A stretch of DNA of 64,000 nt from NCBI GenBank assembly GCA_902616615.1, contig CACMTN010000006.1, positions 23,438 through 87,437 of the forward strand, given 5' to 3'. Shown here in pieces: positions 40,511 through 52,118 of this stretch; position 1 is the first letter of the stretch; every line of letters begins with the position of its first letter. The position numbers were made by a program, and so were the translations under genes. Below the pieces are notes generated by a model. That model saw only the letters and a list, made by a program, of their open reading frames with translations, did no database searches and was not told the origin of the DNA. The stretch is from an uncultured SAR116 cluster alpha proteobacterium (GTDB taxonomy: Bacteria; Pseudomonadota; Alphaproteobacteria; Puniceispirillales; Marisalimonadaceae).

Positions 40511-41084
40511 TTTTTTGTAATAAAAGCATTCTTAATTTTGCTTTTCCTTTTATCTTTATATATTCACCATTTTTTTTAATTTGAAGACCTTTACCTTCTA
40601 TTACTGTATTGCCAGAAACTATATCAACATTATCATTCGTATGATAATTACCTTTTTTGAAAGTTCCAGTTAATGTTTCTGTTATAAGAGTGAATTTTCT
40701 CGTTTTCTTTGTGATTTTGACTTTGTTTGAAAAAATGAAATCGTTATAATCATTAGTTATAATTGCATTTCCTGCGGAAATTTGAGTTAAAACACCTTTT
40801 TGATCAATTGTTGTTAAAGAATTTTCTAAAATGATCTTCTTCTCTTTTGCTTCTATTTCTTCTAAGGTGTCAGCAATAATTAAAAATTTATCACCTTGTT
40901 TATTTTGTTGTCTAATTTCAACACCAATTATCTTATCTTGCTTTGTTGAATTACTTACATATTTGTTTTTGTCGTTAAGGAGATCATTGTCATTTAATAA
41001 ATTATTAACTGCAAAACTTATGATAATAATAAAAACTAAAGAAGCAAAGATCGATTTACCACTAATTATTTTCATTTTCACCAA
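40500..41084 (-). CDS. lptC: LPS export ABC periplasmic protein LptC
   Basis: Single N-terminal TM followed by a beta-rich domain; first gene of lptC-lptA-lptB. Confidence 0.75.
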   Translation of the reverse strand: MVKMKIISGKSIFASLVFIIIISFAVNNLLNDNDLLNDKNKYVSNSTKQDKIIGVEIRQQNKQGDKFLIIADTLEEIEAKEKKIILENSLTTIDQKGVLTQISAGNAIITNDYNDFIFSNKVKITKKTRKFTLITETLTGTFKKGNYHTNDNVDIVSGNTVIEGKGLQIKKNGEYIKIKGKAKLRMLLLQKNAY

Positions 41085-41108
41085 AATATTTTGTTACGGT
41101 TTAATTTA

Positions 41109-41732
41109 TCAATGGGCAAAAATATCTAAATTTTCAAATCCAATTAAGTCTAATTCTGATCTGGTTTTTAAAAAAGCAAAACATTTTTTAGCAACCTCCT
41201 CTTTATTCTCACGTTTAAGTATTTGGTCTAATTGATGCTTTATTTGGTGAAGATAAAGAACATCTGAAGCCGCGTACTTTAACTGTGATTCACTAAGAAT
41301 ATCCAACCCCCAATCAGAAGTTTGGTTTTGTTTATCTAATTCCAATTTCAAAAGATCTTTACATAAGTCTGCTAGACCATGCTTTGCTCCAAAAGTTCTC
41401 GATAACTTAGATGCTATTTTTGTACAGTATATTGGACCATTTAATTTACATATATTTTTTTCAATAACAGCCATGTCAAATCTTGCAAAATGAAAAAGTT
41501 TTGTTGAATTTGGATTTTTAAAAATTTTTTTAAGATTTGGAAAATTTTTTTGTTCATCTAAACTTTTTTTTGATATTTGAACAAGATGAGCAATTCCATC
41601 TCCGCTTGATAATTGGATCAAACATAATCGATCTCTATTTATGTTTAGTCCCATTGTTTCAGTGTCGATTGCTATAACATCACCAAAGTCTACTTCAGAC
41701 GGAATGTCATCATAATACAAAAAATATGTCAT
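41109..41732 (-). CDS. rnd: Ribonuclease D (single-domain 3'-5' exonuclease)
   Basis: AIDTETMGL...RDRLCLIQ, FHFARFD, CTKIASKL.RT, SDWG, YAASDV.YLH. Confidence 0.93.
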   Translation of the reverse strand: MTYFLYYDDIPSEVDFGDVIAIDTETMGLNINRDRLCLIQLSSGDGIAHLVQISKKSLDEQKNFPNLKKIFKNPNSTKLFHFARFDMAVIEKNICKLNGPIYCTKIASKLSRTFGAKHGLADLCKDLLKLELDKQNQTSDWGLDILSESQLKYAASDVLYLHQIKHQLDQILKRENKEEVAKKCFAFLKTRSELDLIGFENLDIFAH

Positions 41733-41841
41733 TTATTATCCATAAAACTTTAAAAAATATGTGTCATGATTAAATATATCAAGTATTTAAACAAATCTAC
41801 ACACAAAATCATATTTCATTATAGTATAAAAGGTAAATCCA

Positions 41842-42753
41842 ATGGGAATAAATATAAACAAAAAAATTGCAGTTATCGGGGGAAGTGGGTTTTTAGGAAA
41901 ATCATTATTAAAATTACTTTTAAATGAAAATGCTGAAATAGTTTTATTTACACGAAAAAAAAATTATCAAAAAAATTTAAACAACATTTTTCCTCGCAAT
42001 AATATTAAATGTATTCAGTGGAATATTAACAATTTAAATATCATTGAAGAAAATATTAAAAATGTAGACTGTATAATTAATTTATGTGGTATTCTTTTTG
42101 AAAATAAAAATGGTGATTTTTTTAGAGTACATACAGATGTTCCTGCTTTCTTAGGAAAAATTTCTTTAAAACATAAAATAAATACTCTAATTCATGTTTC
42201 TGCACTTGGTGTGTCTACGAATTCTGAAAGTAAATATTCTAGAAGTAAAGCAGAGGGTGAAAACCAATTGCTAGAATATTTTCCTAATGGAAAAATTTTA
42301 AGACCTTCATTACTCTATGGTAAAGGCGATAATTTTTTTGGACAGTTTTCTGATATGACGAAGATTTCTCCTTTTTTGCCAGTAATATCTAGATCAACAA
42401 AATTCCAACCAGTTTTTGTTGATGATGTTGCAAAAGCAATAATAAAATTATTAAAAGATAGAAAAAATGAAAGTAATATTTATGAATTAGCAGGAGATAT
42501 AATTTACTCTTTTGAAGAATTGTTAAAAATCTTATTAGAAATTAAAAATATTAAAAGATTTCTTATTCCACTCAATCCAAAACTCATGATAATACCTGCA
42601 TTTTTTTTACAAAATTTACCTAAACCTCCTTTTACAGTAGATCAAATGATACTTCTTAAAACAGATAATATATTAAAGAATGGTTTACCTGGTTTAAAAG
42701 ATTTAGGTATTAAAATATCTGACATGAAAACTGAGCTTCTTAAAATATACTAA
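41842..42753 (+). CDS. Complex I NDUFA9-like NAD(P)-binding atypical SDR
   Basis: GGSGFLG, INLCGIL.E, HVSALG, Y.RSKAEGE, LRPS, FQPVFVDDVA. Confidence 0.9.
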   Translation: MGININKKIAVIGGSGFLGKSLLKLLLNENAEIVLFTRKKNYQKNLNNIFPRNNIKCIQWNINNLNIIEENIKNVDCIINLCGILFENKNGDFFRVHTDVPAFLGKISLKHKINTLIHVSALGVSTNSESKYSRSKAEGENQLLEYFPNGKILRPSLLYGKGDNFFGQFSDMTKISPFLPVISRSTKFQPVFVDDVAKAIIKLLKDRKNESNIYELAGDIIYSFEELLKILLEIKNIKRFLIPLNPKLMIIPAFFLQNLPKPPFTVDQMILLKTDNILKNGLPGLKDLGIKISDMKTELLKIY

Positions 42754-42763
42754 TAAAACTAAG

Positions 42764-43555
42764 TTAAATGTAGGCATATATTAAGATCAGAATCCCAAGC
42801 ATAATTCTATATGCAACGAAAATTTTGAGTGAAGCTTTATTAAGCCAGTTCATAAACAACCTAATTGTAACTAAGGCGACGCAAAAACTTAAAATAATAC
42901 CCATAATCATTTCATTATTAAAAAAGAAACCTTTTTCAATGAATAAGTTTATGCTTTCCAAAGTAGTTGCGGCTATTATAACTGGTATTGATAATAAAAG
43001 AGAATATTTAGACGCATCAAAACGGCTGAAACCCATATATAATCCAGCAGTTATAACAATTCCAGATCTACTGGTTCCAGGAATAATTGCTAGTATCTGA
43101 GCAATGCCAATTACGAGTGCGTCCTTTAAATTCAAACTTTTAAAATATTTTACAACTTTAAGATTTCTGTCTGCCATACCTAATAATATTCCAAATATTA
43201 AGGTGGTCCATCCTATGACTTCTATACTTCTAATTATATCAAAATTATTTATATGAACCAAAAATCCTACAATGATAACGGGTATAGTGCTAATTATTAG
43301 ATTTTTTAAAATAATAAAGCCTTCGTTATCTATTTTAAGATACATTGTATCTGAAATTATTTTCATTAGATCTTTCTTTAAATAATATATTACAGCTAAT
43401 AAAGACCCAAAGTGAAGAGAGACGTCAAATTCTCTGCTGGAATTTATATTTAAATAAAATTCTGGTATTATGATTAGATGGGCACTAGATGAAATAGGTA
43501 AGAATTCTGTAATTCCTTGAACTAATGATAATATAATTATTATTTCTAAAGCCAT
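42764..43555 (-). CDS. uppP: Undecaprenyl-diphosphate phosphatase
   Basis: QGITEFLPISSSAHL, PGTSRSG. Confidence 0.97.
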   Translation of the reverse strand: MALEIIIILSLVQGITEFLPISSSAHLIIIPEFYLNINSSREFDVSLHFGSLLAVIYYLKKDLMKIISDTMYLKIDNEGFIILKNLIISTIPVIIVGFLVHINNFDIIRSIEVIGWTTLIFGILLGMADRNLKVVKYFKSLNLKDALVIGIAQILAIIPGTSRSGIVITAGLYMGFSRFDASKYSLLLSIPVIIAATTLESINLFIEKGFFFNNEMIMGIILSFCVALVTIRLFMNWLNKASLKIFVAYRIMLGILILIYAYI

Positions 43556-43669
43556 ACAAAACTCTATCTTTTACATAATCTTTATTTATCTTATATATTG
43601 ATAATAACTAATTAAAAATAGGATTAATTATTATTTTAATTTTTTTTAAATTTTTTGAGTTTTAACTTT

Positions 43670-44788
43670 ATGAATTGGAATAAACAAAACCCATATTTAG
43701 CCAAAATAACTAATAAAAAACTCTTATCTGGCAAACAGTCAAACAAAGAAGTTTTTCATTATGAAATTTCTCTTGGTGATAGTGGTATTACATATCAACC
43801 TGGAGATAGCATAGGAATTTTCCCATTAAATAATAGTACTTTAGTAAAAGCTATTATAAATAGATTACAAATAAATCCTAAATATACACCCGAAGGGTAT
43901 AATCTTAACATTTATGATTTATTAGAAAAAAAATTTGAGATTCTTACACCAACGAACAGATTAATGAAATTTGTTAACGATAATATTAATCAAAATGTAT
44001 TAAATCATTCTTTAGCTACTAAAAACAAAAATATATTGATGGATTTTAAATATGGAAAAGATGTTTTAGATTTCATGAATTTGGATCAAAATCTTAAATT
44101 TGATGTATTACATTTCTTAACCCTTTTAAAACCACTTCAACATAGAGCCTATTCTATTGCTTCAAGTAACTTAATTTTTAAAAACTCAGTGCATTTAATT
44201 GTTTCTACTCAACGATGGCAAAAAAAAACTAGGAATTATGGTGGTGTTTGTACAACATTTTTATCTGATAATTGTGAATTAGGTGATAAAGTAAAAATCT
44301 TTTTAATACCTAACAAATTGTTCAAATTGCCTGATGACCAAAATAAGCCAATAATTATGATTGGTCCTGGTACAGGCCTAGCACCCTTCTTATCTTTTAT
44401 ACAAGAAAGAAAATATTTAAAGAGTGATGGAAAAAATTGGTTATTTTTTGGTGCTCAGACCAAGAAAAATGATTTTATATATGAAGATCAAATTTCAAAT
44501 TTTGTTAAAGAAAAAATTTTAAATAATTTAGACACTGCTTTTTCAAGAGATCAGGATAAAAAAATTTATGTGCAGGATAAAATTTACGAAAGAAGTGATG
44601 AATTTTTCCAATGGTTAAAAAATGGTGCAATAATATACATATGTGGAGACGCCCACAAAATGGCTAAAGATGTTGAATTAACAATTATAAAATTAATTTC
44701 TAAAGAGCTTAAATGTGATGATGAAAAAGCTATTGAATATTTAAAAATGTTAAAAAAAGAAAAAAGATATCTATTAGATGTGTATTAA
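43670..44788 (+). CDS. CysJ/CYPOR-type FAD- and NADPH-binding reductase lacking the flavodoxin domain
   Basis: RAYSIAS, GGVCT, MIGPGTGLAPF, WLFFG, AFSRD, KIYVQ, YICGDA..MAKDV, C-terminal RYLLDVY; no FMN domain; ATG 43670 (TTG 43655 possible). Confidence 0.88.
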   Translation: MNWNKQNPYLAKITNKKLLSGKQSNKEVFHYEISLGDSGITYQPGDSIGIFPLNNSTLVKAIINRLQINPKYTPEGYNLNIYDLLEKKFEILTPTNRLMKFVNDNINQNVLNHSLATKNKNILMDFKYGKDVLDFMNLDQNLKFDVLHFLTLLKPLQHRAYSIASSNLIFKNSVHLIVSTQRWQKKTRNYGGVCTTFLSDNCELGDKVKIFLIPNKLFKLPDDQNKPIIMIGPGTGLAPFLSFIQERKYLKSDGKNWLFFGAQTKKNDFIYEDQISNFVKEKILNNLDTAFSRDQDKKIYVQDKIYERSDEFFQWLKNGAIIYICGDAHKMAKDVELTIIKLISKELKCDDEKAIEYLKMLKKEKRYLLDVY

Positions 44789-44828
44789 AAAGATTATTAT
44801 AAAATTTAACAAATCATAGAGGTTATTT

Positions 44829-45722
44829 ATGAAATGGGATAGATTAAGATTATTTAATATCGTTGCCCAAACTCGAAATATTACCGAAGCCTCTTATATC
44901 TTGCAAATGAGTCAGTCTGCATTGAGCAGACAAATGAAGGCACTAGAAAATGAATTGGGTGTTAGACTTTTTTTAAGAAATTCAGATGGTATTTCTCTAA
45001 CTAAAGCCGGTATGAGATTATCTTCTTCTGTTCAAATTTTAGCATCTGATATAAGCAAGACTCACAACCAACTTCTTGAGGATATGGACGTTCCATCGGG
45101 TAGATTAAATGTTAGTGCTACAAATGCTTTTGGGGCTTTATGGGTTGCTCCTAGAATGTCAAAATTCAAAAATTTATTTCCAGAAATAAATGTTGCTCTT
45201 AGCTTAAGAGATTCTGAGCCTAGAGTTACCAATTTTAACTCTGATATTGAGGTTAGAATGACACCCAGCGTTTCTCAAGACGATATTCAAATTAAATTAG
45301 CTGACTGTAGATATAAGATATTTGCATCAAATGAATATATTTCTAAAAATGGATATCCAAAAACTAGTACTGATTTAGATAATCATAAAATAATATCTTA
45401 TGGAGAAGATGCACAACCCCCTCTTGATAGACATCGATTGAATTGGCTATTAACAATTGGAAAAGAAAATAAAAGACCAAGAAAGCCAATCCTGGAGGTT
45501 TCTAGTATTTATGGAATAGCAAAGGCTACCGAGGTTGGTATGGGAATAGCTTCATTACCAGATTGGATGGAATTTGAAATGATAGAATTAACAGAAATTT
45601 TATCCCAACTAAAAGGACCTAAAATGTCAATTTCTTTGTGTTTTAATTATGAATTGAGAAATGATTCTAGAATTAAAGCATTTAAGGATTTTATGATTAA
45701 AGAAGCAGAGATAATTAATTAA
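44829..45722 (+). CDS. LysR-family transcriptional regulator (VtlR/LsrB-like)
   Basis: MKWDRLRLF...SQSALSRQM.ALE.ELG..LF.R HTH; LNWLL, G.GIA.LPD in the substrate-binding domain. Confidence 0.93.
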   Translation: MKWDRLRLFNIVAQTRNITEASYILQMSQSALSRQMKALENELGVRLFLRNSDGISLTKAGMRLSSSVQILASDISKTHNQLLEDMDVPSGRLNVSATNAFGALWVAPRMSKFKNLFPEINVALSLRDSEPRVTNFNSDIEVRMTPSVSQDDIQIKLADCRYKIFASNEYISKNGYPKTSTDLDNHKIISYGEDAQPPLDRHRLNWLLTIGKENKRPRKPILEVSSIYGIAKATEVGMGIASLPDWMEFEMIELTEILSQLKGPKMSISLCFNYELRNDSRIKAFKDFMIKEAEIIN

Positions 45723-45749
45723 TTCGTTAATCAATTTTGTAATGCAATT

Positions 45750-45766
45750 TATGCATATCTGACATA
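45750..45766. promoter_or_regulatory. Candidate LysR box upstream of gltB
   Basis: TATG-CATATCTGA-CATA dyad containing T-N11-A, about 115 bp before the gltB ATG. Confidence 0.4.
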
Positions 45767-45882
45767 TAATGAATAATTTTACAAATATATGTAAATTATT
45801 TATGTTCCACATTCTTTATTAGGGAATAAATATATTAAGCTTCAACCATAGTTGGTTGGTTTTATAGATTTACAGGAATTAA

Positions 45883-48800
45883 ATGAGTACTAAAAAATTG
45901 AACAAAATGGGGTTTCCTGAAAAATATGGTTTATATGACTCAGATAACGAACATGAGAATTGTGGTTTTGGTTTTATTGCAAATATTAAAAATGATCCCA
46001 AACATGAGATAGTTCATCAAGCCTTGGAGATTGTTCATAACCTTGACCATAGAGGTGCTATTGGTGCTGACCCTTTAGCGGGTGATGGTGCTGGTATTTT
46101 AATTCAAATACCACATGATTTTTTTAAAGAAGAATTTTTAAAGACTGATATTAAACTTCCAGACATTGGTGATTATGGGGTCGGCATGATTTTCCTGCCT
46201 CCAGAAAATAATAGAGCTAGTTCTGCAATCAAATCAGTTGAAGAAGCAATCAAAAAAGAAGGTCAATCTCTAATTGGATGGAGAGATGTTCCAGTTGATG
46301 ATTCTGTTTTAGGAGAAACTGTAAAAAATAATGCGCCAATCATTAGGCAATTTTTTATTCAAAAAGGAAAAAACACAAAAACTGAAAAAGAATTTCAAAG
46401 AAAATTATATGTAATTAGAAAACAAAGCCTTTTCTTACTTCAAGAAGAACTCCAAGATGATTGCGATGATTTCTATATTGTTTCACTTTCGACGAGAACC
46501 ATAATATTTAAAGGAATGGTTTTAGCACCAAACCTATCAAAATTTTACATTGATTTTCAAAATAAGAATTTCAAAACCGCTATAGCTCTTTTCCATCAGA
46601 GGTTTTCAACAAACACATTCCCTTCTTGGCGACTGGCACAACCTTTTAGATATTTATGTCATAATGGTGAGATTAATACTGTCAAGGGAAATACAAATTG
46701 GATGAACTCTAGACGATACAGCATGTATTCTGAACTTTTAGGAGATGATCTTAAGAAATTATGGCCAGTTATAGAAAAATCACCTTCTGACTCAGCAACA
46801 TTTGATAATGCTTTAGAGCTTCTTGTAATGGGTGGATATTCACTACCTCATGCAATGATGCTAATGATACCTGAAGCTTGGAAAGATAACTCATTAATGG
46901 ATCCAAAAAGATCTTCATTTTATGAATATTACTCTGCATTAATGGAGCCATGGGATGGACCAGCTGCAATGGCTTTTACCGATGGTGTTCAAGTTGCTGC
47001 TACTTTAGATCGTAATGGTTTAAGACCAGCTAGGTATGTCGTAACAGATGATGACTTGGTTATAATGTCGTCAGAAGTAGGGGTTCTTAGAGATATTCCA
47101 GAACATAAGATTATTCAAAAATGGCGTTTACAACCTGGAAAAATGCTTCTTGTTGATTTAAATGAAAAAAGAATAATTTCAGATGAAGAGCTTAAGGATA
47201 ACTTAGTTAATTTATACCCTTATGACCATTGGGTTAAAGATTCAAAAGTTAACATTAAATCAATTGATTTTAATACGAATAAAACATTGCCAGAGGATAG
47301 TGTACTATTAGATCTACAGCAAGCATTTGGATATAACAAAGAAGATCTAAAATTCTTTCTTGAGCCAATGATTTTAGATGGGCAAGATCCAATAGGATCA
47401 ATGGGAAGAGACATACCCTTAGCAGCGCTATCCGATAAAAACAGGCTTTTATATGACTATTTTTTTCAAAATTTTGCTCAGGTAACAAACCCTCCTATAG
47501 ACCCTATTCGAGAAGAGTTGGTAATGTCTTTGATGAATTTCATAGGACCAAGGCCAAATTTGCTTGATCCTAAATCAGGTAAAAATCAAAAGTTAATTGA
47601 AGTTGACCATCCGATATTAGATAATTTAGATATAGAAAAGATAAGAAATATAGATAAATTTACTTCTAATAAGTTAAAGTCCGTTACTTTAAGTATTTGT
47701 TATAATAAAAAAGAAAATCCTAATTTAAAAATTGAAAATTTTTTACAAAGCGTTTGTATTGAAGCTGAAAGAGTTATAAGTAGCAATGCTTGTAATATAA
47801 TTATCTTATCAGATAGAGAAGTTGATCAAAACAATATTGCAATTCCTGCATTACTTGCTACGAGCTCAGTACATCACCATTTAATAAAAAAAGGTTTAAG
47901 AACAAAAGTAGGATTAATAATAGAAACTGGAGAAGCAAGAAGGGTTCATGATCTATGTCTTCTTGCAGGTTATGGAGCAGAAGCAATAAACCCATACTTA
48001 GCTTTCTACACCTTATCAAACATAATAAAAAATCATAATCAGGAAATTGAAGAAAAAGAAGCTTATACAAAATATGTCAAAGCGGTAACAAAAGGCATGC
48101 TTAAAGTAATGTCTAAAATGGGTATTTCTACATATCAATCTTATTCTGGTGCTCAAATTTTTGATGCAGTAGGTCTTTCTTCTAATCTTGTTGATAGATA
48201 CTTTTGCGGCACGTCCTCAAAAGTTGAAGGTATTGACTTAGAAGAAATTCAAATAGAAACAGAGAATAGACATGAATTAGCTTTTGGTGTTTCTCCAATA
48301 TTGTCTAATGATCTTGATGTTGGTGGTGATTTAAGCTTTCGAATTCGGGGTGAAGAACATGTTTGGACTCCTGAAACAATTGGAATGCTTCAACATTCAG
48401 TTAGAAGTGCTAACTATGATACTTTCAAAAAATACTCAAAGAAAATTAACGACCACTCAATTAAATTAAAAAATTTAAGAGGTTTATTTAAGTTTACAAA
48501 TAAATCAAAACCTATAAATGTTGATGAAGTAGAACCTACATCCGAAATAGTTAAAAGATTTGCTACAGGTGCTATGTCACTTGGATCAATATCGACAGAA
48601 GCCCACTCAACCTTAGCAATTGCAATGAACCGTCTTGGAGGAAGATCTAACACAGGTGAGGGCGGAGAAGAGACATCAAGATTTGTTCCTCTTGCTAATG
48701 GTGACTCTATGAACTCCAGAATAAAGCAAGTTGCATCCGGAAGATTTGGGGTTACAACTGAATATTTATCAAATGCGACTGACATTCAGATCAAAATGGC

Positions 48801-50520
48801 ACAAGGCGCTAAGCCAGGTGAAGGTGGACAGCTTCCAGGTGGAAAAGTTGATGAATTTATTGCTAAAATTAGACATTCAACACCAGGTGTTGGTTTAATA
48901 TCACCACCACCTCATCACGATATTTATTCAATTGAGGATTTAGCTCAACTTATACATGATCTTAAAAATGTTAATCCAAAAGCTAGAGTTTCTGTTAAAC
49001 TAGTATCTGAGATTGGTGTTGGAACCGTCGCTGCTGGAGTTAGTAAGGCTTATGCTGATCACGTAACTATTTCAGGAAATGATGGTGGTACTGGAGCAAG
49101 TCCAATTACATCATTGTTAAACGCCGGTGGTCCTTGGGAGACTGGTTTAGCTGAAACCCATCAAACACTTGTCATGAATGGATTAAGAGAAAGAATAGCT
49201 GTTCAAGTTGATGGAGGGTTAAGAACTGGAAGAGATGTTGTAATTGGAGCAATTTTGGGTGCTGACGAATTTGGGTTTGCAACTGCCGCTCTTATTTCTG
49301 AAGGTTGTATAATGATGAGAAAATGTCACTTAAATACTTGTCCTGTAGGGGTTGCCACACAAGACCCAGAACTTAGAAAAAATTTTACTGGAACACCAGA
49401 CCATGTAGTAAACTTTTTTGTTTTCATTGCTAATGAAGTAAGAGAAATAATGGCAGAGCTTGGTATTAGGAAGTTTAACGATTTAATTGGAAGAAGAGAT
49501 CTTATTGATTTTAATGGCGCAGAAGAACATTGGAAAGCTCACGGATTGGATTTAAGAAAACTTATTGTAAATTTAGAAAAAGAAAAAGATGAGACTTTCT
49601 ATAATTCTAAAGAACAAAACCATAGGTTAGAACTTGCTCTTGATAACGAATTAATTTCAAAATCAAAAAAAGCTATATCAGATAAAATAAAAGTAAATAT
49701 TTCATCAAAAATTGTAAATACTAACAGAACGGTTGGTGGAATGTTATCAGGAGTTATAGCAAAAAAGTACGGCCATAATGGATTGCCTAAGGATACAATA
49801 AATATTGATTTTATAGGAAACGCTGGCCAAAGTTTTGGAGCCTGGTTATCAAAAGGTGTTAATTTTAACTTAAAAGGTGATGCTAACGATTATGTAGGTA
49901 AAGGCCTGTCTGGTGGTAGAATATCTGTGAGTCCTCACGAAATAAGTAAAATTATTCCTGAAAATAATATCATTGCTGGTAATACGCTTTTGTACGGTGC
50001 AATCTCTGGAGAATGTTATCTAAGAGGAGTTGTAGGAGAACGTTTTGCAGTTAGAAACTCAGGTGCTACTGCTGTTGTTGAAGGTTGTGGAGATCACGGA
50101 TGCGAATATATGACAGGTGGTGTTGTTATTATACTTGGAAAAACAGGTAGGAATTTTGCAGCAGGAATGTCAGGTGGTATAGCTTATATTTTAGATGAAG
50201 ATGGTACATTTGATACTAAGTGCAACAAAGCTATGGTAGGTTTAGAGAAATTACACAGTTTAAAAAACTTGGACACTCCTACAGCTAAAGAGATTGATAA
50301 TGATTTACTTGATTTTGATGAAGCTAGATTAAAATTAATAATTCAAAGACATTTAAAATATACTAAAAGTGAAAAAGCCAGATTGATATTAGATAATTGG
50401 AGTAAATATCTTAATCTTTTTTATAAAATAACTCCTTTCGATTTTAAGAGAGCTTTATACGAAAGAAAACAAAAACTTAAAGAAGACAATAAATTACCAA
50501 ATAGAATTGCTGGAGAATGA
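45883..50520 (+). CDS. gltB: Glutamate synthase large subunit
   Basis: EHENCGFGF (Ntn Cys), [43 protein letters not shown] (3Fe-4S), GXGXG domain. Confidence 0.99.
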   Translation: MSTKKLNKMGFPEKYGLYDSDNEHENCGFGFIANIKNDPKHEIVHQALEIVHNLDHRGAIGADPLAGDGAGILIQIPHDFFKEEFLKTDIKLPDIGDYGVGMIFLPPENNRASSAIKSVEEAIKKEGQSLIGWRDVPVDDSVLGETVKNNAPIIRQFFIQKGKNTKTEKEFQRKLYVIRKQSLFLLQEELQDDCDDFYIVSLSTRTIIFKGMVLAPNLSKFYIDFQNKNFKTAIALFHQRFSTNTFPSWRLAQPFRYLCHNGEINTVKGNTNWMNSRRYSMYSELLGDDLKKLWPVIEKSPSDSATFDNALELLVMGGYSLPHAMMLMIPEAWKDNSLMDPKRSSFYEYYSALMEPWDGPAAMAFTDGVQVAATLDRNGLRPARYVVTDDDLVIMSSEVGVLRDIPEHKIIQKWRLQPGKMLLVDLNEKRIISDEELKDNLVNLYPYDHWVKDSKVNIKSIDFNTNKTLPEDSVLLDLQQAFGYNKEDLKFFLEPMILDGQDPIGSMGRDIPLAALSDKNRLLYDYFFQNFAQVTNPPIDPIREELVMSLMNFIGPRPNLLDPKSGKNQKLIEVDHPILDNLDIEKIRNIDKFTSNKLKSVTLSICYNKKENPNLKIENFLQSVCIEAERVISSNACNIIILSDREVDQNNIAIPALLATSSVHHHLIKKGLRTKVGLIIETGEARRVHDLCLLAGYGAEAINPYLAFYTLSNIIKNHNQEIEEKEAYTKYVKAVTKGMLKVMSKMGISTYQSYSGAQIFDAVGLSSNLVDRYFCGTSSKVEGIDLEEIQIETENRHELAFGVSPILSNDLDVGGDLSFRIRGEEHVWTPETIGMLQHSVRSANYDTFKKYSKKINDHSIKLKNLRGLFKFTNKSKPINVDEVEPTSEIVKRFATGAMSLGSISTEAHSTLAIAMNRLGGRSNTGEGGEETSRFVPLANGDSMNSRIKQVASGRFGVTTEYLSNATDIQIKMAQGAKPGEGGQLPGGKVDEFIAKIRHSTPGVGLISPPPHHDIYSIEDLAQLIHDLKNVNPKARVSVKLVSEIGVGTVAAGVSKAYADHVTISGNDGGTGASPITSLLNAGGPWETGLAETHQTLVMNGLRERIAVQVDGGLRTGRDVVIGAILGADEFGFATAALISEGCIMMRKCHLNTCPVGVATQDPELRKNFTGTPDHVVNFFVFIANEVREIMAELGIRKFNDLIGRRDLIDFNGAEEHWKAHGLDLRKLIVNLEKEKDETFYNSKEQNHRLELALDNELISKSKKAISDKIKVNISSKIVNTNRTVGGMLSGVIAKKYGHNGLPKDTINIDFIGNAGQSFGAWLSKGVNFNLKGDANDYVGKGLSGGRISVSPHEISKIIPENNIIAGNTLLYGAISGECYLRGVVGERFAVRNSGATAVVEGCGDHGCEYMTGGVVIILGKTGRNFAAGMSGGIAYILDEDGTFDTKCNKAMVGLEKLHSLKNLDTPTAKEIDNDLLDFDEARLKLIIQRHLKYTKSEKARLILDNWSKYLNLFYKITPFDFKRALYERKQKLKEDNKLPNRIAGE

Positions 50521-50521
50521 T

Positions 50522-51964
50522 ATGGGTAAGGTAACTGGATTTATGGAATTAGACAGAGTTGAAAGAAGTTATGAACCGGTTGAGGACAGAATAAAACATT
50601 TTAAAGAATTCCTAGTTCCTCTGGACGAAAAAAAAGTATCAGAACAAGGCGCTAGATGCATGGATTGCGGAATTCCTTATTGTCATCAAGGTTGTCCTGT
50701 TAATAACTTAATTCCTGATTGGAATGATTTGATTTATAATAATAGATGGAAAGAAGCTCTTGATTTACTTCAATCAACAAATAATTTTCCTGAATTTACG
50801 GGTAGAATTTGTCCAGCACCGTGTGAAGCATCATGTACTTTGAATATTACAGATAATCCTGTAGCAATTAAAACAATTGAATGTTCCATTGTAGATAAAG
50901 GGTGGGAAGAAGGTTGGATTAAACCAATCATTAGTAATAAAAAAACTGGTAAGAAAGTTGCTGTTATTGGTTCTGGCCCTTCTGGTTTAGCATGTGCTCA
51001 GCAACTAGCTAGGGCCGGTCATTCAGTTGTAGTATTTGAAAAAAATGCGAGAATAGGAGGTCTTCTAAGAATTGGTATACCTGATTTTAAAATGGAAAAA
51101 CATCTTATTGATAGAAGAATGTCTCAAATGGAAGCTGAAGGTGTAGAATTCAAGGTTAATTCTCATATTGGTAAAGATATAAAAATAGAAGAATTAAACA
51201 AGGATTTTGATTCAATTGCTTTTTGTGGAGGATCAGAAAATCCTAGAGATTTACCTGTTAAGGGTAGAGAGCTTAAGGGTATTTATTTTGCTATGGAGTT
51301 CCTCTCTCAACAAAATGATAGAGTTGCAGGTAATAAAATAGATCCAAAAGTTGAAATTACGGCAAAGGGAAAGAATGTTCTCGTAATTGGTGGTGGAGAT
51401 ACTGGATCTGATTGTGTTGGTACTTCTAACCGTCAAGGAGCTAAATCAGTGACTCAACTCGAATTACTTGATCAACCACCTGAAAAAGAAAATAAAGCAC
51501 TTACCTGGCCTAATTGGCCCCTAAAACTTAGAACATCTACATCTCATCAAGAAGGTTGTGATAGAAATTGGTCTGTTTTAACAAAATCATTTGAAGGTAA
51601 TGACGGTAAAGTAAAAAAATTAAATTGTGTAAAAGTTGAATGGTCAAAAGATAATAATGGTAGAATGAAAATGAGCGAGATCAAAGATACAGAGTTTTCT
51701 TTTGAAGCAGATCTTGTTTTACTTGCAATGGGTTTTGTTCACCCAATTCATGAGGGTTTGATAAATAGTTTAGATGTTAAACTTACACCTGCTGGAAATT
51801 TGGACGCTAATGAAACTGAGTATAAAACATCGATTGATAAGCTTTTTGCAGCAGGTGACTCAAGACGTGGACAATCTTTAGTTGTTTGGGCAATTAGAGA
51901 AGGTAGACAATGTGCAAGATCTATAGATCAGTTTCTTATGGGAAAATCTGAATTACCAAACTAA
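50522..51964 (+). CDS. gltD: Glutamate synthase small subunit
   Basis: MGKVTGF start at ATG 50522; [10 protein letters not shown]...[27 protein letters not shown]. Confidence 0.98.
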   Translation: MGKVTGFMELDRVERSYEPVEDRIKHFKEFLVPLDEKKVSEQGARCMDCGIPYCHQGCPVNNLIPDWNDLIYNNRWKEALDLLQSTNNFPEFTGRICPAPCEASCTLNITDNPVAIKTIECSIVDKGWEEGWIKPIISNKKTGKKVAVIGSGPSGLACAQQLARAGHSVVVFEKNARIGGLLRIGIPDFKMEKHLIDRRMSQMEAEGVEFKVNSHIGKDIKIEELNKDFDSIAFCGGSENPRDLPVKGRELKGIYFAMEFLSQQNDRVAGNKIDPKVEITAKGKNVLVIGGGDTGSDCVGTSNRQGAKSVTQLELLDQPPEKENKALTWPNWPLKLRTSTSHQEGCDRNWSVLTKSFEGNDGKVKKLNCVKVEWSKDNNGRMKMSEIKDTEFSFEADLVLLAMGFVHPIHEGLINSLDVKLTPAGNLDANETEYKTSIDKLFAAGDSRRGQSLVVWAIREGRQCARSIDQFLMGKSELPN

Positions 51965-52118
51965 AAATTTTCACTAAAACAACTTTATATTATTGTATTA
52001 AGATAGTTTGGATTTAAATGCAAAAATCATATGAACAATTTTGTAATTTTAAGAAAAAAAAGGGTACTATTAACTTACTAGCCGTCAAACCTCAATTTTT
52101 TTAAAAATTAACTGAATT

